The notes beneath the pieces were generated by a model. That model worked only from the letters and a program-made list of their open reading frames with translations. It was not told where the DNA came from and did no database searches. This document shows positions 8,463 through 17,700 of a stretch of DNA of 64,000 nucleotides, one piece after another. The position numbers and the translations under genes are program-made. Each line of letters begins with the position of its first letter. Positions within the stretch are counted from its first letter, which is position 1. The stretch comes from a bacterium (GTDB lineage: Bacteria > Cyanobacteriota > Vampirovibrionia > Gastranaerophilales > Gastranaerophilaceae), in assembly GCA_017536545.1 (NCBI GenBank), contig JAFXHF010000008.1, positions 49,267-113,266 on the forward strand, read 5' to 3'.

Positions 8463-8924
8463 ATGTATAAAACAAAACATTTCACAGATTCATTATTTTA
8501 TCAGATGGAACTTACAGCAAAATATTGTAGGTCTTTAGGGGTGCAAGTTTTTGCAAAATTAAATTTTCCAATTACAGTAGATGAATATTCTGCCATGGAT
8601 GTTATAATGTTACATGATGGTATTTGTCAAAGAGAATTGGCAAAATTAATATTAAAAGACAGAGCAAATACTGGTAGAATTTTAAATACTTTAGAAGAAA
8701 AAGGTTATATTGAAAGATTTGTTGATACAAAAAACAAACGTCTTGTAAGAAAAATGATAATCACAGATGAGGGGAAAAAAATATTTAAAAAAGCTTCTGA
8801 TATTTTAAAAGAGCATTTAAGTAGTATTCCTAAAATTCTTACAGATGAAGAAAAAGAAACTCTTAAAAACACAATGAAAAAATTAAGAGAAGGTTTGAAA
8901 CAAGAAGTAGAAATGAAAATATAG
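8463..8924 (+). CDS. MarR-family transcriptional regulator
   Basis: 153 aa. Winged-HTH block QRELAKLILKDRANTGRILNTLEEKGYIERFVDTKNKR is typical of MarR. First gene of the efflux operon. Confidence 0.85.
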   Translation: MYKTKHFTDSLFYQMELTAKYCRSLGVQVFAKLNFPITVDEYSAMDVIMLHDGICQRELAKLILKDRANTGRILNTLEEKGYIERFVDTKNKRLVRKMIITDEGKKIFKKASDILKEHLSSIPKILTDEEKETLKNTMKKLREGLKQEVEMKI

Positions 8925-8935
8925 AGGTTATTAAC

Positions 8936-9949
8936 ATGGAAGAACAAATTCAAGAACAACAAAATGTTGAAACTGAAGAAGTTAAAGATGAAAAAGCAAC
9001 AGGTAAAAAAAGAAAAATTTTTGCATGTGTTGCAGTTTTGGCTATAGTTTTAGCTGGTTTTTATATTGCACATGAAATGCATTTTCAATCAACAGATGAT
9101 GCTTATGTAGAAACAACAACAGTAAGTGTTTCTCCACGAGTATCTGGTCAAATTGAAGATGTTTTAATTAAAGATAACCAATTTGTAAAAGAAGGTGATT
9201 TGGTTGCTGTAATTGATGATGCAGATTATGTAATAAGATTTGAACAAGCTGATGCAAATTATGAAAAAATTAAATTTGATCAATCAAATGCAAAAGCAAA
9301 TTTTGTTGCAGCAGAATCTAATATTGATTTAGCGAAAAAAGATTTGGAAAGATATAGAAATTTATATGAACAAGGTGCAGTTTCAAAACAAACATTTGAT
9401 TCTGCTCAAGTTAAATATGATAGTGCTGTTGCTAGTTTAACTCAAGCAAAACAAGCTTTGTTAACAGATGAAAATGGTAAAACAGTTGCTGATGCTAATT
9501 TAAGAACAGCAAAAGCTGCAAGAGATAAAGCTGAATTAGATTTATCTTATACAAAAATTTATGCACCTCAATCAGGTACAGTTTCATCTCGTAGAGTTGA
9601 AAAAGGTATGTTTGTAACTGCAGGCTCACCATTATTTACATTGGTTCCTGAAGATGTTTGGGTTGTTGCTAACTTCAAAGAAAACCAATTAAAAGATATG
9701 AAACCAGGTCAGCCTGTTGATATCAAAATTGATACTTATCCAAATAAAGTTTTTAAAGGTAAAATTGATAGTATTCAAAGAGCTTCTGGTGCAAAATCAA
9801 GTTTATTTCCACCAGAAAACGCAGTTGGTTCATTTGTTAAAATCGTTCAAAGAATTCCTGTAAAAATCGTATTTACAGAAGAAATTGACACTGATAAATA
9901 TAACATTGTACCAGGTATGTCAGTTGTACCAAAAGTAAAAGTTAAGTAA
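8936..9949 (+). CDS. HlyD/EmrA-family periplasmic adaptor (membrane fusion protein)
   Basis: N-terminal TM helix, lipoyl-like VSPRVSGQIEDVLIKDNQFVKEGDLVAVID, a coiled-coil hairpin, then YTKIYAPQSGTVS. Confidence 0.85.
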   Translation: MEEQIQEQQNVETEEVKDEKATGKKRKIFACVAVLAIVLAGFYIAHEMHFQSTDDAYVETTTVSVSPRVSGQIEDVLIKDNQFVKEGDLVAVIDDADYVIRFEQADANYEKIKFDQSNAKANFVAAESNIDLAKKDLERYRNLYEQGAVSKQTFDSAQVKYDSAVASLTQAKQALLTDENGKTVADANLRTAKAARDKAELDLSYTKIYAPQSGTVSSRRVEKGMFVTAGSPLFTLVPEDVWVVANFKENQLKDMKPGQPVDIKIDTYPNKVFKGKIDSIQRASGAKSSLFPPENAVGSFVKIVQRIPVKIVFTEEIDTDKYNIVPGMSVVPKVKVK

Positions 9950-9964
9950 TTAAACAAATAAATA

Positions 9965-9990
9965 AAGGGTGATAATTTCACCCTTTAATT
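9965..9990 (+). terminator. Intra-operon hairpin (weak terminator/attenuator) between the adaptor and the first MFS gene
   Basis: 8-bp stem AAGGGTGA (9965-9972) / TCACCCTT (9978-9985), followed by only a short T-run. Confidence 0.3.
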
Positions 9991-10005
9991 GTTTTAGGAT
10001 AATAT

Positions 10006-11589
10006 ATGTCAGATGAACAAGTAACAACAAATGAGGAATGGCAACCATCGGGAAACCCTTGGTTACTTTTAATACCTGTTATTGCCGCAACGTTTATGTA
10101 TGCATTAGATGAAACTGTTGCAAACGTTGCATTACCTCATATTGCTGGTTCTTATTCTGTAAGTCATCAAGAATCAATTTGGGTTTTAACAAGTTATTTG
10201 ATGGCAAGTAGTATTGTTATCCCGATGATAGATTTTTTCTGTAAGTTTTTAGGAAGAAAAAATTTCTTTATGTTGGGCGTTTTTATATTTACAGTTGCTT
10301 CTTTTCTTTGCGGAATTGCAAACTCTATCGGAATGATTGTAATAGCAAGAGCTTTGCAAGGTTTTGGTGGCGGTTGTTTAATGCCGATGGCACAAGCTGT
10401 TTGTATGGAAACGTTTAAAGGTGAAGCTAGAAACAAAGCAATGGCTGTATTTGGTTTGGTAGTAGTTGTTGCTCCAATTTTAGGGCCTGTTTTAGGTGGT
10501 TGGATTACTGAAAATTGGTCTTGGCCATATATTTTCTTTATAAATATTCCTGTTGGGTTTTTATGTATAGTTTTAGCTAAAAAATATATGGAAGATCCAC
10601 CTTATGCAAGACGTCAAAAGAATGTTCAATTAGATAAATTTAGCTTTTTATGGCTTTGTGTGTGGTTAATTCCATTGCAAATAGTTTTTGATAAAGGGAA
10701 TGAAGCAGATTGGTTTAATGCAGAATGGATTTGTTGGTTAACAGCAATTTCATTGATTGCGGGAGCTTTGTTCTTTTATAGACAAATTAAAAGTGAAAAA
10801 CCTATTGTAAAATTAGATGTTCTAAAAGACGGGAACTATCTTTGTGGAACTGGTATGATTATTTTGATAAATGCCGTAATGTTGGCATCTTTAGCAATAT
10901 TACCTCAAATGCTTCAAAATATGCTTGGATATGATGCTTTAACAAGTGGTTTAGCTATTATGCCAAGAGGTTTGGGAGCGTTTGCTGGATTGATATTTTT
11001 TGCAGTTGTTGGCGGAAAATTATCATACAGAACTTATGGATTAATGGGTTTGGCATTATTGGCTTTAGGTGGTTGGATGTTGAGTGTACTTAACCTTCAA
11101 ATCAATACAATGAATATTGTTATTCCAAATTTTGTATTTGGTGCAGGTATGGTTTTAACAATGATGCCAGTTAAAACTTTATCTTGTATTACATTAAGAA
11201 ATGACCAAATGACAAATGCTTCAGGTTTGCAAAATCTATTACAAACAATTGGTGGAGCGATTGGAACATCATTAGTAGCAACAATGATTTCAAGATTTTC
11301 TCAAGTTCACCAACACGGTTTAGTAAAAACATTAACAGAGTTAAACCCTAATTATATCGAAAGACTTAATGCTTATGCAGGTGCATTGTTACATCAAGCA
11401 GGTGAATGGACTCATGCAAATTATATGGCATCAAAAATGATTTATAATCAGTTATTACAACAATCAACGTTATGTGCTTATATGACAACATTTAAAGTAT
11501 TTGCATTAGCGTGTATGGTTTTAATACCTTTTATGTTTATTTTAAAAGGTGAAAATAAAGTTAAACAAGAGGAAACTATAAAGGAATAA
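10006..11589 (+). CDS. DHA2 (EmrB/QacA) 14-TMS MFS drug:H+ antiporter, copy 1
   Basis: 527 aa. LDETVANVALPHIAGS, GRKNFF, ALQGFGGG and GGWITENWSWPYIFFINIP are DHA2 hallmarks. Confidence 0.85.
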   Translation: MSDEQVTTNEEWQPSGNPWLLLIPVIAATFMYALDETVANVALPHIAGSYSVSHQESIWVLTSYLMASSIVIPMIDFFCKFLGRKNFFMLGVFIFTVASFLCGIANSIGMIVIARALQGFGGGCLMPMAQAVCMETFKGEARNKAMAVFGLVVVVAPILGPVLGGWITENWSWPYIFFINIPVGFLCIVLAKKYMEDPPYARRQKNVQLDKFSFLWLCVWLIPLQIVFDKGNEADWFNAEWICWLTAISLIAGALFFYRQIKSEKPIVKLDVLKDGNYLCGTGMIILINAVMLASLAILPQMLQNMLGYDALTSGLAIMPRGLGAFAGLIFFAVVGGKLSYRTYGLMGLALLALGGWMLSVLNLQINTMNIVIPNFVFGAGMVLTMMPVKTLSCITLRNDQMTNASGLQNLLQTIGGAIGTSLVATMISRFSQVHQHGLVKTLTELNPNYIERLNAYAGALLHQAGEWTHANYMASKMIYNQLLQQSTLCAYMTTFKVFALACMVLIPFMFILKGENKVKQEETIKE

Positions 11590-11592
11590 ATT

Positions 11593-13167
11593 ATGGCAAA
11601 TGAACAAGTAATTGTTGAAGATGAAGATAGTAAATACCTTCCGAAAAATCCTTGGTCGGCGGTTGGACCTATATTATTGGCTGTATTTATTTATGTAATG
11701 GACGGTACAATTGCAAACGTTGCATTACCACATATGGCTGGTTCTTTTTCAGCTACTCGTGATGAGAGTATGTGGATTTTGACAAGTTATTTGATTGCCA
11801 GTGGTATTGTAATTCCTTCAGTGGACTTTTTCAGTAAATTATTAGGAAGAAAAAATTTCTTTGTAATAAGTATTTTAGTTTTTACAATTGCATCATTGCT
11901 TTGTGGTTTGGCAAGAAACCTTACAGAAATGGTTATTTATAGGGTTTTACAAGGTGCAGGTGGTGGCGGTATTGTTCCAATTTCTCAAGCTGTTATTATG
12001 GAAAGTTTTCCAAAAGAACAACGAGGAAAAGGGATGGCAATTTTTGGAATGGGAATTATCTTAGCTCCTATTATTGGGCCAGTTTTAGGTGGTTGGATTA
12101 CCGATAATTGGTCTTGGCCTTGGATTTTCTTTATAAACGTTCCGTTTGGTTGTATGGCAGCTATATTGTGTCATAAAACAATGTTTAACCCTCCATATTC
12201 TTGGCGTCAAAAGGGGGTTAAAATTGATGGTTTAGGATTTTTATTCTTAATTATTTGGTTATTTTTCTTACAAATATTTTTTGATAAAGGAAACAATGCT
12301 GATTGGTTTAATGCAACTTGGATTTGTTGGGTATTTGGCATATCTTGTGCGTCAGCGGTTGCGTTTTTTATATCTCAAATTATGCGAAAAGATACACTAT
12401 TAGATTTGAGTGTATTTAAAGATAGAAACTTTGTGGTTGGTACATTAATTCAGGTTGTTATGCAATCAGTTTTGTATGCATCATTAGCAATTTTGCCTCA
12501 ATTTTTACAAAGTATGATGGGTTATACTGCGTTCTTGAGTGGATATTCTATGATGCCTCGAGGTTTGGGAAGTTTTACAGCAATGGTAATCTGTGCATTG
12601 ATTGCTGATAAAGTTGATAAAAGAAAACTTGTTGCAGTAGGTTTAACTTTGTTAGGTTGTGCGGGTTTATTCTTTGGGTTCCTAAACTTACAGATTGCGA
12701 GTATAAATATTATGATTCCAAATTACATTATGGGTGTTGGTATGGGTTTATGTATGGTACCTATTATTAACTTGTCATTAGAAACATTAACAAACCAACA
12801 AATGACAAATGCTTCTGGTATTCAAAACTTGTTGAAAAACATAGGTGGTGCAATTGGAACATCACTAGTTGCAACAATGCTTACAAGATTTGCTCAAGTT
12901 CACCAATATATGATGGTCGGTAATTTGAGTAATTTGAATGAAGTTTTTGTTCAAAGAGTTAGTACTTATACTGCAGCATTATCTCAATATTATCCAACAG
13001 AAGTTGCTAGACATATGGCTGAATATTTGCAGTATGGTACGTTAATTAAACAATCAACATTGTGGGCGTTTATGGATGCGTTTAGAATATTTGGTTTGTT
13101 ATGCTTTGCGTTGATTCCATTGTTATTACTTTTGAAACGAAGCAAGTTCCAACCAAAGAAAAAATAA
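11593..13167 (+). CDS. DHA2 (EmrB/QacA) 14-TMS MFS drug:H+ antiporter, copy 2 (tandem paralogue)
   Basis: 524 aa, collinear with copy 1 (MDGTIANVALPHMAGS, GGWITDNWSWPWIFFINVP). Starts 4 nt after the copy 1 stop. Confidence 0.85.
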   Translation: MANEQVIVEDEDSKYLPKNPWSAVGPILLAVFIYVMDGTIANVALPHMAGSFSATRDESMWILTSYLIASGIVIPSVDFFSKLLGRKNFFVISILVFTIASLLCGLARNLTEMVIYRVLQGAGGGGIVPISQAVIMESFPKEQRGKGMAIFGMGIILAPIIGPVLGGWITDNWSWPWIFFINVPFGCMAAILCHKTMFNPPYSWRQKGVKIDGLGFLFLIIWLFFLQIFFDKGNNADWFNATWICWVFGISCASAVAFFISQIMRKDTLLDLSVFKDRNFVVGTLIQVVMQSVLYASLAILPQFLQSMMGYTAFLSGYSMMPRGLGSFTAMVICALIADKVDKRKLVAVGLTLLGCAGLFFGFLNLQIASINIMIPNYIMGVGMGLCMVPIINLSLETLTNQQMTNASGIQNLLKNIGGAIGTSLVATMLTRFAQVHQYMMVGNLSNLNEVFVQRVSTYTAALSQYYPTEVARHMAEYLQYGTLIKQSTLWAFMDAFRIFGLLCFALIPLLLLLKRSKFQPKKK

Positions 13168-13176
13168 TTTACAAAT

Positions 13177-13207
13177 AAAAGGCTATCTGTTCACAGATAG
13201 CTTTTTA
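13177..13207 (+). terminator. Rho-independent terminator after the efflux operon
   Basis: Stem GCTATCTG / CAGATAGC (13182-13201), followed by a T-run. Confidence 0.65.
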
Positions 13208-13250
13208 TAGTATAATCAAATCAACGGATATGAAAAATTAAGGAGAGCAA

Positions 13251-14621
13251 ATGTTTGGAGTAATTTTAGCGGGTGGATCTGGAAGTAGATTATGGCCATT
13301 ATCAAGAGAGTTATATCCAAAACAGTTATTGAATTTATGTGCTGAAAAAAGTTTGTTACAATCTACTTTTGAAAGATTGAATAAATTTATTCCAGCTGAG
13401 AAGATTATCAGTGTTACCAATTCAAAACATCACGCAAACGTTAAAATGCAATTAGGTGAAATGAGTGAAAATTCAATTATTTTATCTGAACCAATTTCAA
13501 AAAATACAGCTCCAGCTATTGCTCTAAGTGTAAAATATATTATCGAAAATGCAGATGAAGATGAAATTATTTTAGTTGTTCCATCAGATTTGTTGATTGA
13601 AAATGATGAAAAATTTATTCAGACTGTTGAAATTGCAAAACAATATGCACAAGATGGTAAAATTGTTACTTTCGGCGTAAAACCAAATTATCCTGAAACA
13701 GGTTTTGGTTATGTATGTTGTGAAAATGGTAAAGTAATTTCATTTATCGAAAAACCAAACAAAGAAACAGCTCAAGAATTTATCGAAAAAGGTAATTATT
13801 TCTGGAATAGCGGAATTTTTATGTTCAAAGTTTCAACTATTATTCAAGAACTAGAACAATATTGTCCAGAAATTTCTTCAATCATTAAAAATATTAGTTG
13901 TGCAGACAAAACAGCTCCATTTACAGAGTTTGAAAAAATGCCTTGTATTTCGATTGATTATGCTTTAATGGAAAAGAGTCAAAATATTGCAATGGTTGAA
14001 TTGCAGTCTGATTGGAAAGATTTAGGCTCTTGGAAATCTATCTACGAAGTTAGTCCAAAAGATAATGACGGAAACGTTTTTGTTGGTCATGTTTTAGATA
14101 AAGGTTCAAAAAATTCTTTTGTATATTCATCATCAAAACTTGTTGCAACAATTGGATTAGAAGATACTGTTATTGTTGAAACAGAAGATGCTATTTTAGC
14201 TTGTAAAAAAGATAAAACTCAAGAAGTTAAACAAGTTTATGAAACATTAAAAGAACAACACGATGGAACTCAAATGGTTCATAAAACAGTTTATAGACCT
14301 TGGGGATTTTATACAGTTATTGCAGAGGGAAAAGGTTTCCAAACAAAACTTATCCATGTAAATCAAGGTCAAAAACTATCTGTCCAATCACACAATCACA
14401 GAAGTGAACACTGGGTAGTTTTATCAGGTATGGCAAAAGTTGTTTTAGAGGGTAAGGATCATATTTTATCTCCAGGTCACAGTATAGATATTGGAGTTAA
14501 AGCAATTCATTCACTTCAAAACCCTTACGAAGGTGATTTAGAAATAATTGAAATTCAAAAAGGTGATATTTTATCAGAAGATGATATTATTCGTTATGAA
14601 GATATGTATGGAAGAGTTTAG
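13251..14621 (+). CDS. manC: Mannose-1-phosphate guanylyltransferase / mannose-6-phosphate isomerase (bifunctional type)
   Basis: N-terminal LAGGSGSRLWPLSR nucleotidyltransferase loop. C-terminal cupin SVQSHNHRSEHWVVLSG. 456 aa. Confidence 0.88.
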   Translation: MFGVILAGGSGSRLWPLSRELYPKQLLNLCAEKSLLQSTFERLNKFIPAEKIISVTNSKHHANVKMQLGEMSENSIILSEPISKNTAPAIALSVKYIIENADEDEIILVVPSDLLIENDEKFIQTVEIAKQYAQDGKIVTFGVKPNYPETGFGYVCCENGKVISFIEKPNKETAQEFIEKGNYFWNSGIFMFKVSTIIQELEQYCPEISSIIKNISCADKTAPFTEFEKMPCISIDYALMEKSQNIAMVELQSDWKDLGSWKSIYEVSPKDNDGNVFVGHVLDKGSKNSFVYSSSKLVATIGLEDTVIVETEDAILACKKDKTQEVKQVYETLKEQHDGTQMVHKTVYRPWGFYTVIAEGKGFQTKLIHVNQGQKLSVQSHNHRSEHWVVLSGMAKVVLEGKDHILSPGHSIDIGVKAIHSLQNPYEGDLEIIEIQKGDILSEDDIIRYEDMYGRV

Positions 14622-14630
14622 AAATAACAA

Positions 14631-14657
14631 AACCCTCTGATATTAAGAGGGTTTTTT
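14631..14657 (+). terminator. Rho-independent terminator after manC
   Basis: Stem AACCCTCT (14631-14638) / AGAGGGTT (14646-14653), followed by a T-run. Confidence 0.65.
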
Positions 14658-14753
14658 AATGTTTAACAAAAATTAACATGTGTTAAATTTCATGCAATTT
14701 TTCCCTAAAAAATCCGTTTATATACCTATAAGGGATATTATTAGGGGATATTT

Positions 14754-17700
14754 ATGAAAGAAATTAATTCATTACAAAACATTGAATATGTTTTGAATCA
14801 GGTTAATTCACAAAAAAACACTACACAACAAAGAGCATATATGACAACAGATTCTGATGAATTTGTGTCTTCACAAGGATCAAATAAGAAAAAGAAAGTT
14901 AAAAAACTTTTAGTTGGTTTAACTGCAGCAGCTGGTCTTGTTACTGCGGGTGTTTTAGCGTTAAGACGTGGTAAAGTATCAGTTGAAGATGTTGAAAGAA
15001 CAGTTCAAGAAGTAGCAAATAGAACAGATGTTTCTGAAGAAGTTTCAGCAGCAACAAAAGGTGCTGGTGAAGTTGTTCAAGAAGTTGTATCAGGTATTAA
15101 AGGCTTGAAAGCATCTTTAGTTACAGATGACGCAGATTTAAGACAAGTTCAAGAAATCGATTTAGCTTCATTTAGAGGTAAATACGAAATTGATGAAGAT
15201 TTTGCTCGCTATAAAGCTAACTTAGAAGAACAAAAAGTTTCAACATATGCAATTAAAGATGATAGTGGCAAAGTTGTTGGTTATTACCAGTTAGAACCTG
15301 CAGAAAATTCAGAATTATATATTCACAGTATTGCGGTTCGACCAGAATTACAAAAAACAAAAACATCTTATGCTGCGATTATGGAAATGCAAAAAGAAAT
15401 TGCAAAACTTGCAAAAGAACAAAATCTTACAAAAGTTGCATTAGATGTTGATGCAGAAGATCAAACATTGATTAAATTATACAAAAAATTCGGTTTTGAA
15501 ATTACTGGTGAAGAAACAGGTACAGAAGCTGGTCGTAGATATCATGATTATCATATGGAACTTGATGTAGATTCAGCTTTGAAAAAATTAGAAGCAAAAG
15601 AACAACCAAAAGCAGAAGTTGGTAAAGTTGAAACACCTGATGTTGAGGCTCCTAAAACAGAAACACCAGAAGTTTCTCAACCAAAATCAGAACCCGTTAA
15701 AACTGAAGTAGCAGAAGATGTTGCAAAAGCTAAACGTTCAGTAAGAAATGTTGGAGATTTTGAAGCAAGTTATATAACAAGACCAACAGCTCAAGGTTTA
15801 GTTTATGAAGATCCAAGATTTTTTAAGCTTGAAGGTTATTATCATTCAACTTTAAAACCTTATAAACTTGGTGGTAAAACATATGTTGATTTTTATGGTT
15901 CCAGATATCAAGTTATCGAAACAAGTGATGTTGAATATGTTACTCGTCATACTGCAGATGAATTGTATCGTAAAGTAGGCTTTGATACACCTGAAGTAAT
16001 TAAATTTGAAACAGAAGCTACTGACAGTGTTGGTTATCTAAGAAAAGTAAATCTTGAACCAAAAACAGATGGTAATTTCTTAGAAAGAATTATCCATAAT
16101 GAAGGTATGAATATTTTTACAGATGAAGTTCGTATCATAGAAGACGGTGTATTTGCTATTTCAAGAGGCGATAAAGCTGTAATGGTAAAAATTGTTGATG
16201 ATGTAACATCACAACCTGCTCAAAAAGGTGTTTATTATGTTACTCCACAGGAATTTGTTGATGTTACTTCTGCTTTTGAAAAAGTAAGTCTTAATAAATT
16301 CATGAGTTCTAGTGATGTAACTTCTGAATGTAGAGTAAATAATAAACATTTTGCAGATTTTGAAAAAGAACTTGTTGCTCTGGAAGATAATATTAATGCA
16401 CTTAGACATCAAATGGCACAAGTAAAAGGAAGACTTGTTGATGATGGTTCTGCGTTTAGTTCAGTAGATAAATACAGACATTTAAGAAGTCGTATTGATG
16501 CAGGAAAAGCACAATATATCGAAGAAATAAAAGCAAAAGTCGCAAATAAAGATAACGTATTAGAAAGATTTTTAGCAGAAAAAATTGAGGATTCAGCTAG
16601 TCTTTCAAGTTGGGATAAAGAAGAAAAAGAATTTCGAGAAGCTATTATAAATAATCTTCAACAAAGCCCAAGATTAAGACCTTACATCATCAACTTATTA
16701 GAGAATTATAGTTATGATGCTCGACAATTGCTTAAAAAACTTTGTCCAAAATATGGTGTTGCAGATGAAGATAGATTGGTAGTTTTAACAAAACTACAAT
16801 CTATAAGAAAACCTGATCCTGATAGTACTTGGGCAACACTTCCAGTGAATAGTTTTGAAAGTTTAATGAAATTATCTGATATTCCAACAGAAAAACTATT
16901 AAAATATGTTTTTGTTGATGGAATAGAATCTGCTGATGAAATTGTGAGATTAGTTAATCAGAATCTTGTTTCAAAAATTAAAACATTAAACCTTGGTAAA
17001 ACATTTAATTTAGATGAAAAAATTGAAACAGATATTGTAAAAAATTTATTAGATGAATTTGGTGAAGTTTCAATAGAAAAATATAATGTAGCATATGAAT
17101 TAATGAGAAAAAATCCTGAATTTACTAAACATTATTCTTCATTCTGTACAACAGGCCCATTTACATTAGTTTCTGAATTAATGAAAAAATGTCAAACTCC
17201 TGAAGATATAAAAGCATTAACTCAATATTTATCAGAAATGGAAAAAGTATCAGGTTATTGTTTTGAAAAAGACATAATGGTGCAAGAATTCAATATGTAT
17301 CTAAAAGCTAAAGATAAACAGGCATTTATCGAAAAAATTAAACAATTACGTATCAATACAGACCATAATGACCAAAAATTGGGTGATGCGTATTTGGAAA
17401 AATTAACGAAAAGTTTCAATCCACAAATTATCAGATTACAAGAATATTTAGCTGACAGAGGTTTTGATGGCAATCTAGTTAAAAATATAATTAGAGAAGC
17501 TCAAGTAAAATATAACTCGGCTGTATATAACGAAGATTTTGTAAAAATCGTTGCTGAAATTTTAGAGAATTTGCCTGACAACATTGATAAAAATACTATT
17601 TTTAATAAAATAGGATACACTATTAAAAGAGCTGTTCATGATGGTGATTTTAGTGAAATCAGAGCAAAATTAGATAAAATTGCTTGTTTTGAAGATATAT

